A stretch of DNA of 57,083 nucleotides from positions 90,413,801-90,470,883 of the forward strand of contig NC_057720.1 of NCBI RefSeq assembly GCF_004010195.1. The letters run 5' to 3'. Within the stretch, counting starts at the first letter, position 1. Each line of letters opens with the position of its first letter. Of the stretch, positions 1 through 13,379 are shown one piece after another. The notes beneath the pieces are model-generated. The model saw nothing but the letters and a program-made list of their open reading frames with translations. It made no database searches and had not been told where the DNA came from. The translations under genes were made by a program, and so were the position numbers. The DNA is from Chiloscyllium plagiosum. Lineage: Eukaryota.

Positions 1-354
1 TTAGTGGAGTAAGTGCTCAAATAAATCCCAGCTTTTGACTTACTGTTCTAACAATATCATTTATAACTAATCTAGAATGAATCATTCTCGAAGCATATTT
101 GATGAGATTATGCTTAGGCTGTTTTACTTTATGTAAACCAGTGCTGTAGCTGAATTTGATGTTCAGTACGATGGGGATTCCGCTGAATACAACACTTGCT
201 AGCAGATGGTGATAGCTTTTCAACTGGTCTTCAATTGCTATCTCCGACCATCCAGTACCTCTGCTAAGAATCCTTGTTCCAACAGGAGTCAAGCAAACGT
301 AATCACTGTTTATCTCAACGGGTGTGAGTTCTTGTGCCAAAAACATGAAAACAA

Positions 355-480
355 TTTGCTGACGAGGGGGGGTCTCTGGATGCGAAAGGTTAACCTTGCT
401 TTCTCTCCACAGGAGCTGCCAGACCTGCAGAGTTTCTTCAGAAATTTCTGTCTTTATTTTGGTTTTCTAGCATTTAAAGT
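355..480 (+). mobile_element. Penelope-like element terminal fragment with degenerate hammerhead motif
   Basis: CTGACGA (359-365)...GAAA (384-387), followed by the PLE terminal motif ctctccacag..gctgccagacctgc.gagtttc..cag.aatttctg. Confidence 0.55.
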
Positions 481-1779
481 TTGTTGGTTCATTGAAAAAT
501 GTTCTGTTCGATGAAACACGTTCTTCAGAGAAAAGATGCATTTGAACAAATTGCAAATGTTCAGAGATATTACATATCAGAGAATCATTGAATTTGAGCG
601 CCCTGATCTCAAGCTGTAGTTTCACAAGAAACTATTATGAAGTAACAACACACTCCAGAGTGCAGTGGCTGCTGTAATTGGGTGGAAGTTATTTTGATCA
701 CTCAAATATGGAATGTCAATGATCCTGTTCCAAATAATCAACAGAAGTTTTTTTTTAAAAGCATGTGTGAAACAATTAACTTTTTGAAATATTTTAACAA
801 AAAGTGTTCACCACCATTGCTAGCTTAATGAATGACACAATGATAGGAAGGTGGGAGCAGAGGAGGGCACTCAGCCACTCGAGCTGTTCCACCAATTACT
901 TAGATCATGGTGCATCTGTGAGCTAAATCCACAGGTCTCCCTTTGGCTAAAACTCTTAAATACCTTTGATTAACAAGCAAAAACTATCCCGGATTTACTG
1001 ATTCGACTGCCCATAACAAAGGGAGGCACCCTTTCTGAAATACATTTCTGTGGGTATTTAAAGGTACAAAATGAGACTGGAATTAATTGCTCATGAAAGT
1101 AAGCTTTAAATCTCTGACAATTTCCAATTGAAACATCCCAATAATCATATTCCATTAATTTAACACTATACTCCCCTGGAATAAAGAAATATAATGTGTG
1201 ATTGCCTTGCTAAAAATGAGGGAAGCTTCATTCCTATTATATGATTAAGAAATAGCTCTGTTCATTCAGTGAAGACACAGACAAATCACACAAAAGGAAA
1301 CCATGTCATCTTGTGGAGACACACAAGTGCCTCAAATAATTTTTAATTCTTCTAGTGGTTGTTTGAATCTCTAGACAAGTGTGGAAGTGTCAGACCTTTT
1401 ATATCGCCTTGAGAAGCCAGTCGTCATCAGCATATTTGAATTGCTGAAGTTTGTGTGGTATTAGCACATTCACAGCGCTGTTAGGAAGTGAGTCCCATGG
1501 CTGTGATTGAGGAACAGGAAACAGGCAGGGAAATAGTTAGAGTCAAGTTGAAGTCTGATTTGGAGGAAAGCTTTCAGGAGAAGCATTGACATGCATGTGC
1601 GCCCTTATCCTCAAGGATCACAGTTTTGGAACATACTGCCGAAGGGACATGTCAGCATGCAAAATGGAAGCTGAACAGGGCACCTCGGCCCCTCTGGAAT
1701 GCTATCCCATTCATGGGATCATCATTAATCTTGCTGCTCGTCGGTCATCCCAACACATTGATAACATTGAACCTGATTG

Positions 1780-2525
1780 TTTACTCTTCAACAAAAGAAT
1801 GGTGAACCTTTGGAATTCTCCGCCGCAGAAATTGATTGAGGTCAAAACATTAAATGATTTCAATAAGGAGATGAATTCCTTCAATCCTTAAAAAATGCTA
1901 CGGATATGTGGGAGAAAGGCAAACAGGCTACAATATTGGTTGAAATCCATGAAAACATTGAATGGGACATGGTTTGTAAGTTTGCACGTAACGCCAAAAT
2001 TGGTGGTATAATTGGCAGTGAAAGTTACCTAAACGTACAATGAGATCTGGGCCAATGGGCTGAGGAGTGGCAGATGGAGTTTAATTTAAATGAATACGAG
2101 GTGTTGCTTTCTAAGAAGACAAATCAGGTCACAACTTACAGAGTTAATGGTAGGGCATTGGGTAGTGATGTTAAACACAGGGCCCTGAGGGTTTAGACTC
2201 ATAGATTCTTGAAAGCGTCGTCTCAAGTAGCTAGTGTTTTGAAGGTGTTTGGCACATGTACCTTTATTGGTCAAAGCACTGAGTGCAGGAGTTGGGGTTT
2301 TATGTTGTAACAGTGCAAAACATTGGAATGAACTGCCAGAGGAAGTGGTAAATGCAGTAATAGGTACAAGATTTAGAAGACATTTGAACAGCTACAGGAA
2401 CTGGATAGGTCTGGATGGATATGGGTCAAAGGCAGGCAAGTGGAATTAGTTTAATTTGGGAACTCTGGTCAGCATGGATGAGCTAGACCAAAGGAACTGT
2501 TTCTGTGCAATATGACTTTATGACT
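1780..2525 (+). mobile_element. CR1 LINE 3' fragments
   Basis: RMVNLWNSPPQK, tggcagatggagtttaat and WNELPEEVV motifs, plus a CR1-type 3' UTR ending tatgactttatgac. Confidence 0.75.
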
Positions 2526-3159
2526 CACTGTCTTTCTGGTGGAGTCGGCTCAAAGTTGGAAGTTGGTTAGCAAGTGAGGGGCTAGATTGGGAATGTGGGG
2601 GAGTTTGGGCTTGTAGGCTGTGAGGTGTTGGTTGGCTGTTGGTTAAGCTTGCATGCACCCTGTCTGGAAAGGTGGCATCAAGTTAAATGGTAATGGTCAC
2701 AGGATACTTTGGTCGAATTGTGCTTGGTAGATGAGGGGTAGTTTGAGCTGAAATGCAGGAGGTCTGTCGTTGCCAGGCTGGTTTGTGGAGAGATCATCAG
2801 GGTGCCAGTCTGGTTTGTGGAGAGGTGGGCAGAGTGCCAGGCTGTTTGGGGGGGTGGAATGTCACTGTAATGCAGTAGCAGGTGGACATGATGTCAAAAT
2901 GAAAAGCTCGGAGTCGGCAAAATGGTAGGTGGTAAAGCACAGATGCGAAAGGAGCGAGGATGCAATGTGCACAGGTTGACTTGGGTAAGATGATAGGTCA
3001 GTGACCAAGGGCTGAGGTCATGCCTCGGGTAGTGGGCTTAAGTCAGAGGTTGTGAAAATTATGGTGCCAGGTCCAGTCAGGGCCAGATTCACCATGGGTA
3101 AGGTGCAGGGTGGCAGGAGTGGAAATGAGTGAAAGGAATTGAGTTCATATGTCCATCTG

Positions 3160-3870
3160 GAATATAGAAGTTAGAACATTGCATTGCAGTACAGGCCCTT
3201 CAGCCGTTGATGTTGCGCTGACCTGTGGAACCAATCTGAAGCCTATCTATCCTACACTATTCCATTTTCATCCATATGTTTATCCAATGACCTTTTAAAT
3301 GCCCTTAAAGTTGGCGAGTGTACTATTGTTGCAGGCAGTGCGTTCCATGCCCCTACTACTCTCTAAGTAAAGAAACAACCTCTGACATCTGTCCTCTATC
3401 TATCAGCCCTGAATTTAAAGCTATGTCCTCTCTTGCTAGCCATCACTATCCAAGGAAAAAGACTTTCACTGTCCACCCTCTGTTTATCTTTTATGTCTCC
3501 ATTAAGTCACCTCTCAAACTTCTTCTTTCAAGCAAAAACAGCCTCAAGACCCTCATCCTTTCCTGATAAATCCTTCCCGCCATACCAAGCAACATCCTGG
3601 TAAACTTCCTCTGAACTCTTCTAAAGCTTCCACATTCTCCCTATAATATGGTGACCAGAACAGGACACAATATTCCAAGTGCGGCCACACGAGAGTTTTG
3701 TACAACTGCAGTCTCACCTCCTGGTTCTGAAACTCAATCCCTCTATCGATGAAAGCAAACACAAAGTATGCCTTCTTAACAACCCTATCAAAATGGCTGG
3801 AAACTTTTCGCGATCTATGTACATGGACACCGAGATCTCTTTGTTCAGCTACTCTACCAATATGGATTGC
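3160..3870 (-). mobile_element. CR1 LINE 3' end (RT C-terminus and 3' UTR)
   Basis: ORF QRDLGVHVHRSRKV...LQLYKTLVWPHLEYCVLFWSPYYR. Confidence 0.88.
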
Positions 3871-4426
3871 CTTGGATGTGTTTTTTGTGATAGGGGTTGT
3901 GTGGTCCAGGCATGAATGGGTGTGTAGCAGGGTACGGTTTGTCAATGTGAGTGGAAATTTTGGTCTAGACAGAGTAAGTGCAATGGTTAGTCTGAGAGAT
4001 GAGGTTTGGTGGTGAACTGCGTGTCAGTTTGATAGTTATTAAAGTTAAAGAGTACTTGTTCATTTCTCAAATCATATTTACATAAATACTCAGCTTTAAC
4101 ACTCCAAAGTCTCTGAAATTTAATTGTCCTCCATTTTTCAGAGGCCTCTAAATTCAGATAATTGTAAATTAGAAGTTTCAACTTCCAGGCAATTGGCATG
4201 AGTTCAGCAGTGACAGCCATCCTCCCAGTCCCAGTGCTCAGCTCCTGCCTGTGCTGCTGCTGCAGTGACCTTCATCCCAGAGCGAACACTCTGCCTTGCA
4301 TTGATAAGTGAGGAATGCTCACTGGACCTGATTCACTCTGATTTCTCTCCAGGACTACTGCCAGCTTTTGGGCTTTTCCAGCAATTTCTGTTTTGTTTTT
4401 GATTTCCAGCAGCACGGTACCTAGTG

Positions 4427-4750
4427 GGGTGGCATGCTGGTTCCGTGTTTAGCATTGCTGCCTCACAGTGCTAGGGACTCGGGTTCCATTCCAGCCTCGG
4501 GTGGCTGTCTGTGTGGAGTTTGCACTTTCTCCCCATATCTGTGTGCGTTTCCTCCCACAATCCAAAGTTGTGCAGGCTGGGTGAATTGACCATGTTGCGT
4601 TCAGGGATTTGGAGGTTAATTGCATTAATCAGGGCTAAATGTAGAGTAATAGGGTAGGGAAATGGGTCTGGATGGGTTACCTTTCAGAGGGTGGGTGTGG
4701 ACTTGTTGGGCCAAATGGCCTGTTTGCACACACTGTAGAATTTCGATGAA
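4427..4750 (+). mobile_element. HE1/V-SINE (tRNA-derived)
   Basis: tRNA-like head (ttagcattgctgcctcacag, gggttccattcc), V-domain tgtgtggagtttgcac and CR1-like tail gggccaaatggcctgttt. Confidence 0.85.
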
Positions 4751-5089
4751 TCAGCATTTCCTTGATTTATATTTTGTGAAACCTCTCTGCTCTTCACTTG
4801 CAGTTCAGTGAAAATGTCAGTTGGTGAGATCTTCAAACAGTTACTGTGGTGGGATCAGGATGTTCTTCTTCCTAAATTATACAGTAATGGTCAAGGTCGA
4901 GGGCATGATTCTAAAGAGGGAACCAATGATCATGATCAGCAGCTGGTAGGAAACAAAAACAAACTCCAGTTATGCTGTAGACTTCAGCGGGAGCATGCTT
5001 GCAAACATTTACAACTGAAGATACATTTGAGTAACTGATAAGATCAAATTAACAGAAACTAACATGCTCAATTGGTCATTCTATTGTAG

Positions 5090-5395
5090 AGACATCGTCT
5101 TTCCCCACGCTCTATGGCCTGGTCTCCTCCTGTCAGTAGCACAACACCGGTTCTGTGTTCTTTGGTTGTTTGGCGATGGAATATTCCCCTGACGTCACCA
5201 AGGTAACCTGGAAGAAAGGAGGGGAGCTATTCATGACTGAATTGAAGACTTACCCATCAGTGAGAAATAAGAAGGGAACCTACACCCTGAGCAGCCAGTT
5301 AACCCTGCCCGAGTCAATGGTAGATTGCCCCAGCAAAACCTATTGTGAGGTTCAACACAGCAGGTCACACAAGAGCAAAGAAATGCCATGTCCAG
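5090..5395 (+). CDS. IGHM: IgM CH1 exon with in-frame stop
   Basis: Acceptor ttgtAG at 5088-5089. Reads [41 protein letters not shown]...YTLSSQL...YCEVQHS...MPCP. Donor GTAAG at 5396. Confidence 0.93.
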
Positions 5396-5474
5396 GTAAG
5401 TGTTGTGGGAACTGAGATAAACAGAACATCTGTGATTTTAACATGAATAAGGCATTATTTATAATCGTTTTCAC

Positions 5475-8290
5475 AGAATCACCTTATAGCACAGGAGAAA
5501 GGCCCTTTGGTCCATCCAGTCTACCCATATCAATAACAGACACCTAACTATTCCAATCACTTGATCCATTGCCTTGTGTGACTTGCCTTTGCAAGGATGC
5601 ATCTAATTACTTTATACTTATTATGAGGGGCTCAGTCTCTACATGACTTATAGGCACTGAGCTCCAGACTCACACCACCCTCTGTTTGATTTTGTTTTCC
5701 CCTGAGATTCACTTGGAACCTCCTGGCCTTACCTTCACCCTGTGCCCCTGAGACATTGATCTCTCCATCAAGGGGAAAGGTTTCATCCAGTTTACTCGAT
5801 CGGGAATTAATTTAGGCATAGATATCGCAATCATCTTCTCCCTAATTCTCCTCTGCTCTAAGGAAACCCCCCATCTATCTAGTCTAGTTTCATAACTAAA
5901 ACCCTCCAACCCAGGCAAAATCCTGGCAAATCTCATCAATACTGCCTTCAGTGTAATCACATTCCTTCGATAGCATGCACACAATGCTTCAGTACGGACT
6001 AACCAGTGTTTTATTAAGTTCCAGTATCATCTCCCTACTCTTCATTGTCTGTGTCTAGGCTAATAAAAGCAAATATCCTGCCCCCTTCTTAGCCTCTTTA
6101 TCCAGACAGCACATAGGGGATCGGTGGGTACGTACACCAAAGATCCTCAGTCCTTTCCAGGGTTCCACCACTAAAAACCTAATACCTCACAGCTTCTTCT
6201 GCTAAATTACATCACCTTACGTTTATCCAGAATAATTTCCATTTGCAACTTCTCTTCACATATAATCAACCCGTGTATATCCTCCTGCAATCTAAAGCCA
6301 TTCTGCTCATGACTTACCAATATGACAATTTTTCGTTCATCTGTGAGTTTACTGGTTAACCCTCCTAAAGTTGAGTCGCAATCATTGGTATATAAGAGAA
6401 ACAGCAAGGAAATCAACACCTACAGAACACCATGAGACATAGATTTCCAGTCACGCAGATGACCATTATCCCCTGCTCCCAAGACTCAGCCAGTTCTGAA
6501 TCCAATCTGTCAAATTAACTCAGATCCCATTGGCTCTGATTATTGCTATCATCTGGACATCAAGTTATCTCGCTGAAAACTACCATCAAATTGTTAGACA
6601 TGACTTCCTCTCAATAAAACCATGCTGAAAATTGCTGATTGCTGTTCCAAATGAAGACTAAATACACTTCTCAATCGTTTCCCTACCACTGAGACTAGCT
6701 TGTGGTTTCATTGTTTATCCCTTCCTTTGTCCTGCATAACAGTGCAACACTGGCTGATCTACACTCACTTGGCACAACTGCTGTGGCCAGACAAGAATTA
6801 TAAGTTATTGTCAGTGACCCAACTATTTCAACCTTTGCATCGCTCAACAGCTTGGCAGACATTTCATCTGCCTTGGAAATATAAGCACTTTTCATCCAGC
6901 AAGACAACACAGAACATCACATCATGTGTCCTAATTTCTGAAAGTACATCACAACACTCCTCCATGATGCCTCTCTCCACATTGTCCCTCTTACTAGTGA
7001 ACACTGACACAACACCTACGTTTCGACTCCAACCTAACACTCCAATAATAACACTTAATGGGCATTACTGTTTCCCAAATTATTCTTTTATGAATTAGCC
7101 TGTAACTTTTTAAAATATTTTCCTTTATTTTGACTGCTATTATTTTCTCATGGTCCCATTTGCTCTTCTAATTCTTCTTTCTTTCAAACTCCCCCTTGCA
7201 CGTTCTGTACTCTATATTAGTTTCTATTGTTTTCAGATTTCAGTACAGACCAGAAGCCATCTTAGTTTCTCTTTATCTCCCCCTCCATGCCCTTTGGTGT
7301 CCAGAGCCCGCTGCATTCTTGGTCCCAGGCAATGGCTTCCTGGGAAATGTCCTTTTTGTGCTTTTCTTATTTCTTTCTTAAATGTGTCACATTGCTCTGA
7401 TTTAGATTTACCACTAAGTGCTAGCTTCCAGTCCACTTTGGTCAAATCACTACCTGATCTTATTAACATTGTCCTTCCCCCTTCAGAACTTTGGGCCGAT
7501 TTCTATCCCTTTCCAGATCAATCTGGAATCCAGCAGATTTTTGATCACTGTCTGCAAAGTGCTTCACCATTGATGTTTTACCCACTGGGTTGACTTCATT
7601 CCCTAAAGTTAAGTTCAGGTTCACCCCTCTCTTGAAAGGTTTTGATTAAAATTCTCTGTATTAAACATATACTTTTAAAAATATTCTCCTGGGAGCATTT
7701 TCAGAATTCTGCTCCCTCTAAACCTTTGACAAAAGGAATATCCAAGCTGACGCTGAGCAAGTGAAAAACATCTTTACTCATTCCCCTGTTTAATTTACAT
7801 TTCTCTGAAATTTGCCCATGTATCTGCACTTGTTCTTTTGGACCTATAGTAAGTCTATCATGCTCTCCCAGTAGTTACGTTTGCTGTATTTTGGTTTTGA
7901 AGTAATGTCCATTTGCCGTCGTTCGAGGAGTTATCCATGATTTCATTTCTCTTTCCAGCAAAAAATACTCGTCAGAATTGCGACAGAACCAAAATTCTGT
8001 ACCGCACCCCCCCCACCCCCATCCTTGTCCATCTTTCCCCGTCTTGCCTGACGGCACTAAATCCTTGAATATTGAATAGCCACTCCTGCCCCGCTCTCAA
8101 AATGTCTCCGTGATAGGAACCGCATCATTTCCTAATTTATGCCGGTAATTCATCTGTCTTGTTCAACAGACTCTGTCATTAAAACAAATACCATCCAACA
8201 TTGCTGTCTCCCTTCTGATTTAGCCAGCCTGTAATTTCTATGCCTCCTTGACTCCCTTGTTTTGTTCTATAATTTTAGCCCTACACATTG
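5475..8290 (-). mobile_element. Highly decayed CR1 LINE ORF2 in the CH1-CH2 intron
   Basis: Scattered CR1 remnants (RFARILPGLEGFSYETRLDR, SKLTDERKI, KKEIRKAQKGH) in colinear order on the minus strand. Confidence 0.7.
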
Positions 8291-8459
8291 CCCTGATGAT
8301 CTTTCTGTGTGGATCCCAGTTTCTCCAGCACTCTGCACAAGTATGATTCTTGTAATATCGAGGTTACTATCCATTAACCACAAGAAAACTTGATATATGA
8401 GAACTGATTGTATTTGCTATGAAATTTGTCAGATAATGTGTACAATGTGTTTCCTAAAG

Positions 8460-8768
8460 GTCCAGATATTCTCCAAACGACTCTTCTCCTTACTGTGAGC
8501 TCTAGTGAAGAAATCGCAAGCAGCAAGTTTGCAACCGTCGTCTGTTCAATCATTGATTTCCATCCGAAGTCAGTCTCCGTGAGTTGGTTGAAAAATGGCC
8601 GACCCTTGGATTCTAGCTTCTTCACGTCTCCAGTGTGTGAGGCGAATGGGAACTTCTCGGTGACGAGTCGGCTAATGGTCCCTTATGGTGAATGGTTCAA
8701 CAGTGCAGTCTATATCTGCCAGGTCACTCATGGAGAGAACACTCAAAGTAAAAACACTGCACTCCAGG
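8460..8768 (+). CDS. IGHM: IgM CH2 exon (open)
   Basis: Acceptor cctaaAG at 8458-8459. Reads [47 protein letters not shown]...YICQVTHG. Donor GTAAG at 8769. Confidence 0.93.
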
Positions 8769-9111
8769 GTAAGAGACACATACTGAGAGACCTACAAATC
8801 ATTCTGAACTCAGATGTGAATCAAACACACTAATTTATCAGGCTTAGTAAACAGCACGGTACAGCTTCTCATTTCCAACCTGCCACGTGTCTCTTATTTC
8901 AGTTTGAGTGATATATTAGCTTTGCGCATAATTCAACATTTTAGCAAATCAGAAAAGCATGTTTCCTCTCTGTTGAAGATAGATATATAGACAGTTAGAT
9001 TTGTTAAATAGTTTGTTGCCTGACCGTGCTGGGAGAGGCATTCAGAGTGCTGAATCCTTGCCTGGTAGTGGCTTCAAGGATATGTTTGGGGTTGGAAGGG
9101 GGCTATTGGAG

Positions 9112-9426
9112 AGATTAGATTAGATTAACTACAGTGTGGAAATAGGCCCTTCGGCCCAACAAGTCCACACCGACCCGCCGAAGCGCAACCCACCCATACC
9201 CCTACACTTACCCCTTCACCTAACACTACGGGCAATTTATCATGGCCAATTCACCTGACCTGCACATCTTTGGACTATGGGAGGAAACCGGAGCACCCAG
9301 AGGAAACCCACGCAGACACGGGCAGAATATGCAAACTCCACACAGTCAGTCGCCTGAGGCGGGATTTGAACGCAGGTCTCTGGCGCTGTGAGGCAGCAGT
9401 GCTAACCACTGTGCCAGCATGCCGCC
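9112..9426 (-). mobile_element. HE1/V-SINE, young copy with (TAATC)n tail
   Basis: Reverse complement reads ggcggcatgctggcacagtggttagcactgctgcctcacagcgccagagacc...ccacactgtagttaatctaatctaatct. Confidence 0.92.
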
Positions 9427-9429
9427 AAC

Positions 9430-9790
9430 TAATATCGGATTGAAACATAGAAAATACTGAGAGACTGAGATCGAGTGAATGTGGAATAGATGTTTTGACT
9501 GGTAGGTGAGACTAGGACCCAAGGACACAGTCTCAAGATCAAAGGGTCACCATTTAGAACTGGGATGGGAGGAATTTCTTCAGCCAGAGGGTGATAAATC
9601 TGTGGAACTTGCTGTTGCAGAGGGCTGTGGAGGCCAGGCCATTGTGTGTATTCAAGACAGAGATAAATCAGCTCTTGCTTAGTACGGGGAGATGGCAAGA
9701 GAATGGCTTTAGCCCGAAACGTCGATTTCCTGCTCCTCGGATGCTGCCTGACATGCTGTGCTTTTCCAGCACCACTCTGATCTAATCTCT
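9430..9790 (+). mobile_element. CR1 3' fragment followed by a PLE terminal fragment
   Basis: INLWNLLLQRAVEA (CR1), then gcccgaaacgtcgatttcctgctcctcggatgctgcctga (PLE terminus). Confidence 0.75.
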
Positions 9791-11051
9791 GGATTGGCCA
9801 AACAGCCTTATGCTGATCCTCTATCTTATGATGTTGTGGTCTCAAAATGACATGGTTAAAATATGCAGTGACCCTTACTTGAAAATAAATCAAAATGCGT
9901 TCATTACTTCATTCCCTGCTCAGGAATGACCTGTTGGCTTTGGACATTGTACGACATCGATTTTTATCCAGTACTGAGCTCTTTAACTTCATTTATGGGA
10001 TCAGATCACAGACCACGTGGGTATCACATTTGATTAACTGGGATAAACGTGATCTCAATGAACTTCTTAACATGCTCTCTGTAATTAGTGGATGAGGCAG
10101 GAGAATAAATTCTGGTAAGAATGCTACAACAGGGATGAATGAACGAGGAACTCGAGACAGGCTGATTTAGTCTGGTTTGGGGCGGTGATGTTTACACAGT
10201 GAGTAGTGGATGTCTATAAAACTAGTGCACATTTCCATCGCATTTGTAGATTCATTTAAGATGCTTTTGCTTGTTTTTTTCTCCCCTGTTCTATGAAGAA
10301 ATTAAAAATGCAGCTTGGTAAATAAAGTGAAAGTACAGACCAGTCATGAACTAAGTAAATGGATGGAAAGACTTAAGGAGATGGGTGTCCTTCCCAATAT
10401 CCAATGCTGAACTCAGTGTCTTGTTTTCAGATCTACTCCAAACTCAGCCCACTAGGAACAATGACATAAATTAGAGAATGACATCACACCAATAACGCAA
10501 ACTATTTTCAATCACTTTAAATATAATGAACAGAATTTCCATGGTTGTTCACCGCTCCTGTAAAACTTTAGAACTCTGCAAAGAGAATAATTATTATTTA
10601 TTATAATTTGTTCAAAATTTGGCATGTGATTTGGCAGTCAGCGTGACCAGCAGCATTTGCACCTAAGGGTTATGAGCATGGAAATGAACTCATTATATTC
10701 AGATTACTCTTGTCACAAGTATCAATAGATGGTCTTATGTGAGAGACAGACTCTGAAAGAAAGATAATTCCATGGGTTACATGATGGTATTTTCGATGAT
10801 TTTACTTTTTTCACAGGTTTCACTTGTTACAAAGCCAGTATTCTTTAGGAATAATTACACAGGGTGTGTCCTAGGTAATCACAATTGCTTTCACAAATCA
10901 AAATACATCAACAATAGTAAGCATCGTTTCAGCAATGGTTGGAGTTGCCATTTTGAAGGTGGTGTCTTCACTCTGTGAAGAAGTAATCTGAAGAGTGGGT
11001 GTTTTTATCATAAAGAGGCAATTTTCATTGACTTTGATTTTTGTTTCATAG

Positions 11052-11360
11052 AAGATACCGAGTGCCACGCTAACACCGTTAAAATCCTCCCACCGCCAGT
11101 AGAACAAGTCTTACTGGAGGCGACGGTAACGTTAACCTGCGTTGTGTCCAATCTTCCTTCTGGAGTCAACGTTACCTGGACACAAGAAAAAAAGCCTCTG
11201 AAATCAGAGATTGCTGACCAGCCTGGACAGAATCCCGACAGCGTGTTCAGTAAATTAGACATTTCGATTGAAGCCTGGCTGAATGGCGTTACTTTTGAAT
11301 GTGTGGTGTACCATCAGAATCTACCGACTCCACTGAGACACTCCATCCACAAGGAGAAAG
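11052..11360 (+). CDS. IGHM: IgM CH3 exon (open)
   Basis: Acceptor ttcatAG at 11050-11051 (NAGNAG). Reads [44 protein letters not shown]...[22 protein letters not shown]. Donor GTGAG at 11361. Confidence 0.93.
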
Positions 11361-11816
11361 GTGAGCGATGAGATTAAAACACAAAGAATCCCATGTGTAA
11401 TCCAGATCCAGTTACATCAATGGCAGGCTTTGATTGGTAATGAACAATCATCATTGGGAGCATTAATGATGCATCTGAAGGCAGGAGAGCTAAGTAGCTG
11501 ATTAAGAAGAAGATGGACCAAAGGATATTGTATTCTGATGAAGTCAGATAAGGTGGGAAGAAGCCTGGGTTGTGACGTCACCATCAGTAATGACAATTGG
11601 ACAGAATGTTCTCGTTGTGGGCTGGAAACATGGAGCCAACTTTCACATTAAACTTTACTTTTTTTACTGAACAGGATGTGTACCATACTGCTCCTTCAGG
11701 AAACGAAAGTGAATAAATCTCAAATTAAAAATGGCGTATTTTAATACTTTGTGAAATTGTGATTATTGACTCTGGATTTTTATAGTTGATTCATATTTGT
11801 CTCAAATATTCCGCAA

Positions 11817-12208
11817 TGATTAATCCGCTGGAGCCATCAGTGTCGGTCCTCATACCACCAACAAAAGAAATCTCCGCTCAGAGGTTTCTCTCCCTCACCT
11901 GTTTAGTGAGAGGTTTCTCCCCCCGAGAGATCTTCGGCATGTGGACAAACAATGACAAGCCGGTGAATCCCAGTAACGACAAGAACACCGAGGTGATGTC
12001 GGAGAGTGACAACATCTCCTTCTTCATGTACAGCCTGTTATCCATTACAGCGGAGGAGTGGGCCAGCGGTGCCTCTTACTCCTGTCTGGTGGGACATGAA
12101 GCGATTCCTTTGAAGATCATCAAAAGAACAGTCGATAAATCCAGCGGTAAACCGAGTTTTGTAAACATTTCACTTGCACTGATGGACACTGTTAATTCAT
12201 GTCAATAA
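11817..12208 (+). CDS. IGHM: IgM CH4 plus secretory tailpiece exon; splice acceptor mutated
   Basis: Reads [14 protein letters not shown]...[16 protein letters not shown]...[43 protein letters not shown]. The tail has an N-glycosylation sequon (NIS) and a penultimate Cys. Internal membrane-form donor G|GTAAA at 12147. The expected acceptor reads ccgcAA. Confidence 0.92.
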
Positions 12209-12250
12209 AAATCTCAAAGTTGCACTTAATAATTCAACAGAAGTAATAAA
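12204..12250 (+). terminator. Poly(A) signals for secretory mu mRNA
   Basis: AATAAA at 12204-12209 (overlapping the stop) and at 12245-12250. Confidence 0.65.
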
Positions 12251-13379
12251 GTTTATTTTCCTCCAGCTGTGAGTTAAATACTGAATTAATTGTTTCCCAC
12301 TCTGATTTAAATTCCATCTGTGTAGTTAAAGTGGATTATTAACAGGTATAGGACGAGTGTCTTGTGCAGTTAATGTTCTCTGCCAGATACACCCTGGGTC
12401 AGAGACAGAGTAAAGGTCACTCATTGCAGGATTCCGCCAAGTACCTTATCCATCCTAAATCCCTCTGTGACAAAATCTGACAATGTCCATTTCATGTCAA
12501 GAGTAGAGCACGAGTTTAGAACTTGGTGTTCTTGATTCCCCCGATTGGACATTCTTACAAAATTTATGTCAGTTTTAAACTATCACATTGCCCAATTGGA
12601 AATGTAAATTTAAGACACTTTAAAATTAAATTTGCTTGGAACATACCAATCGTAAAGAGTGCAGAAAAGTTTGAATGTAACCTTTGTTTCTGGGGAACTG
12701 CCAGGTATCTTGCACCAGCGCATGAGTTGACAGAATGTATCTTCACTGTCACACCAAAGAGAATCGACAGATAAGTTGTTATGGAGCAGAGGGGAGGGGA
12801 AAGATGAATGGTCTGTCCTCTTGCTCCCGATGCAGAGGTTTCATGGTAGATGTCTTCTATAATGTAACCCAGTTGCTAACAGGAACAGTCAGCTTCCTGC
12901 TTTTTTGTCCAAAGATTTAACATGTCCATGCAAAATAATACCTTTGAAGCATGTTGGATACGCTTGGCTCTCTTAACAAATGATTAACTTTGATTCCATA
13001 ATCCAAAACTGGTGTTTGCATCATCCCGGTTTGAATTCCATAGTTTTGTCTCAGTTTTCTGGAGCACATGGGACCAGTTCTGGTATTCGAATACCTGATA
13101 TCATTTTGTTTCACATACAGAACACAAGTAGACATTTTCTAATAAATATATTCAGAAATGTTATCTCTGGAACAGTGGGGATTTGAACTGACGCCTTTTC
13201 TCTCATAGACAGAAATTCTATCACTGCAACAGAACAGTTGCTCATAAAACGCTTATCTCTCCACGACAATGGGAAATGTTTCCTACAACACCAAGGTCAG
13301 GTCTATTATGGGCAATCCATTAGAATTAGAATAAATTAGAATAATAAAAATTGCAGTCTGGTATAAGAACAGATACAGA

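Noticed and set aside
4198-4270. Leader-peptide-like stretch (PSAQLLPVLLLQ)
   Set aside because: No in-frame ATG or donor, it ends in a stop, and no V exon follows.
1-5089. VH/DH/JH segments or recombination signal sequences
   Set aside because: No WGxGT J motif with a donor and no heptamer-spacer-nonamer pair found by eye. The cacagtg at ~4464 is inside a SINE.
9112-9426. tRNA gene
   Set aside because: The A/B-box-like head is part of a multi-copy HE1 SINE and is not a full cloverleaf.
11786-12208. Stand-alone single-domain Ig gene starting at the ORF-track start
   Set aside because: The ATG at 11816 arises from the mutated splice acceptor and there is no signal peptide. This is the CH4 exon.
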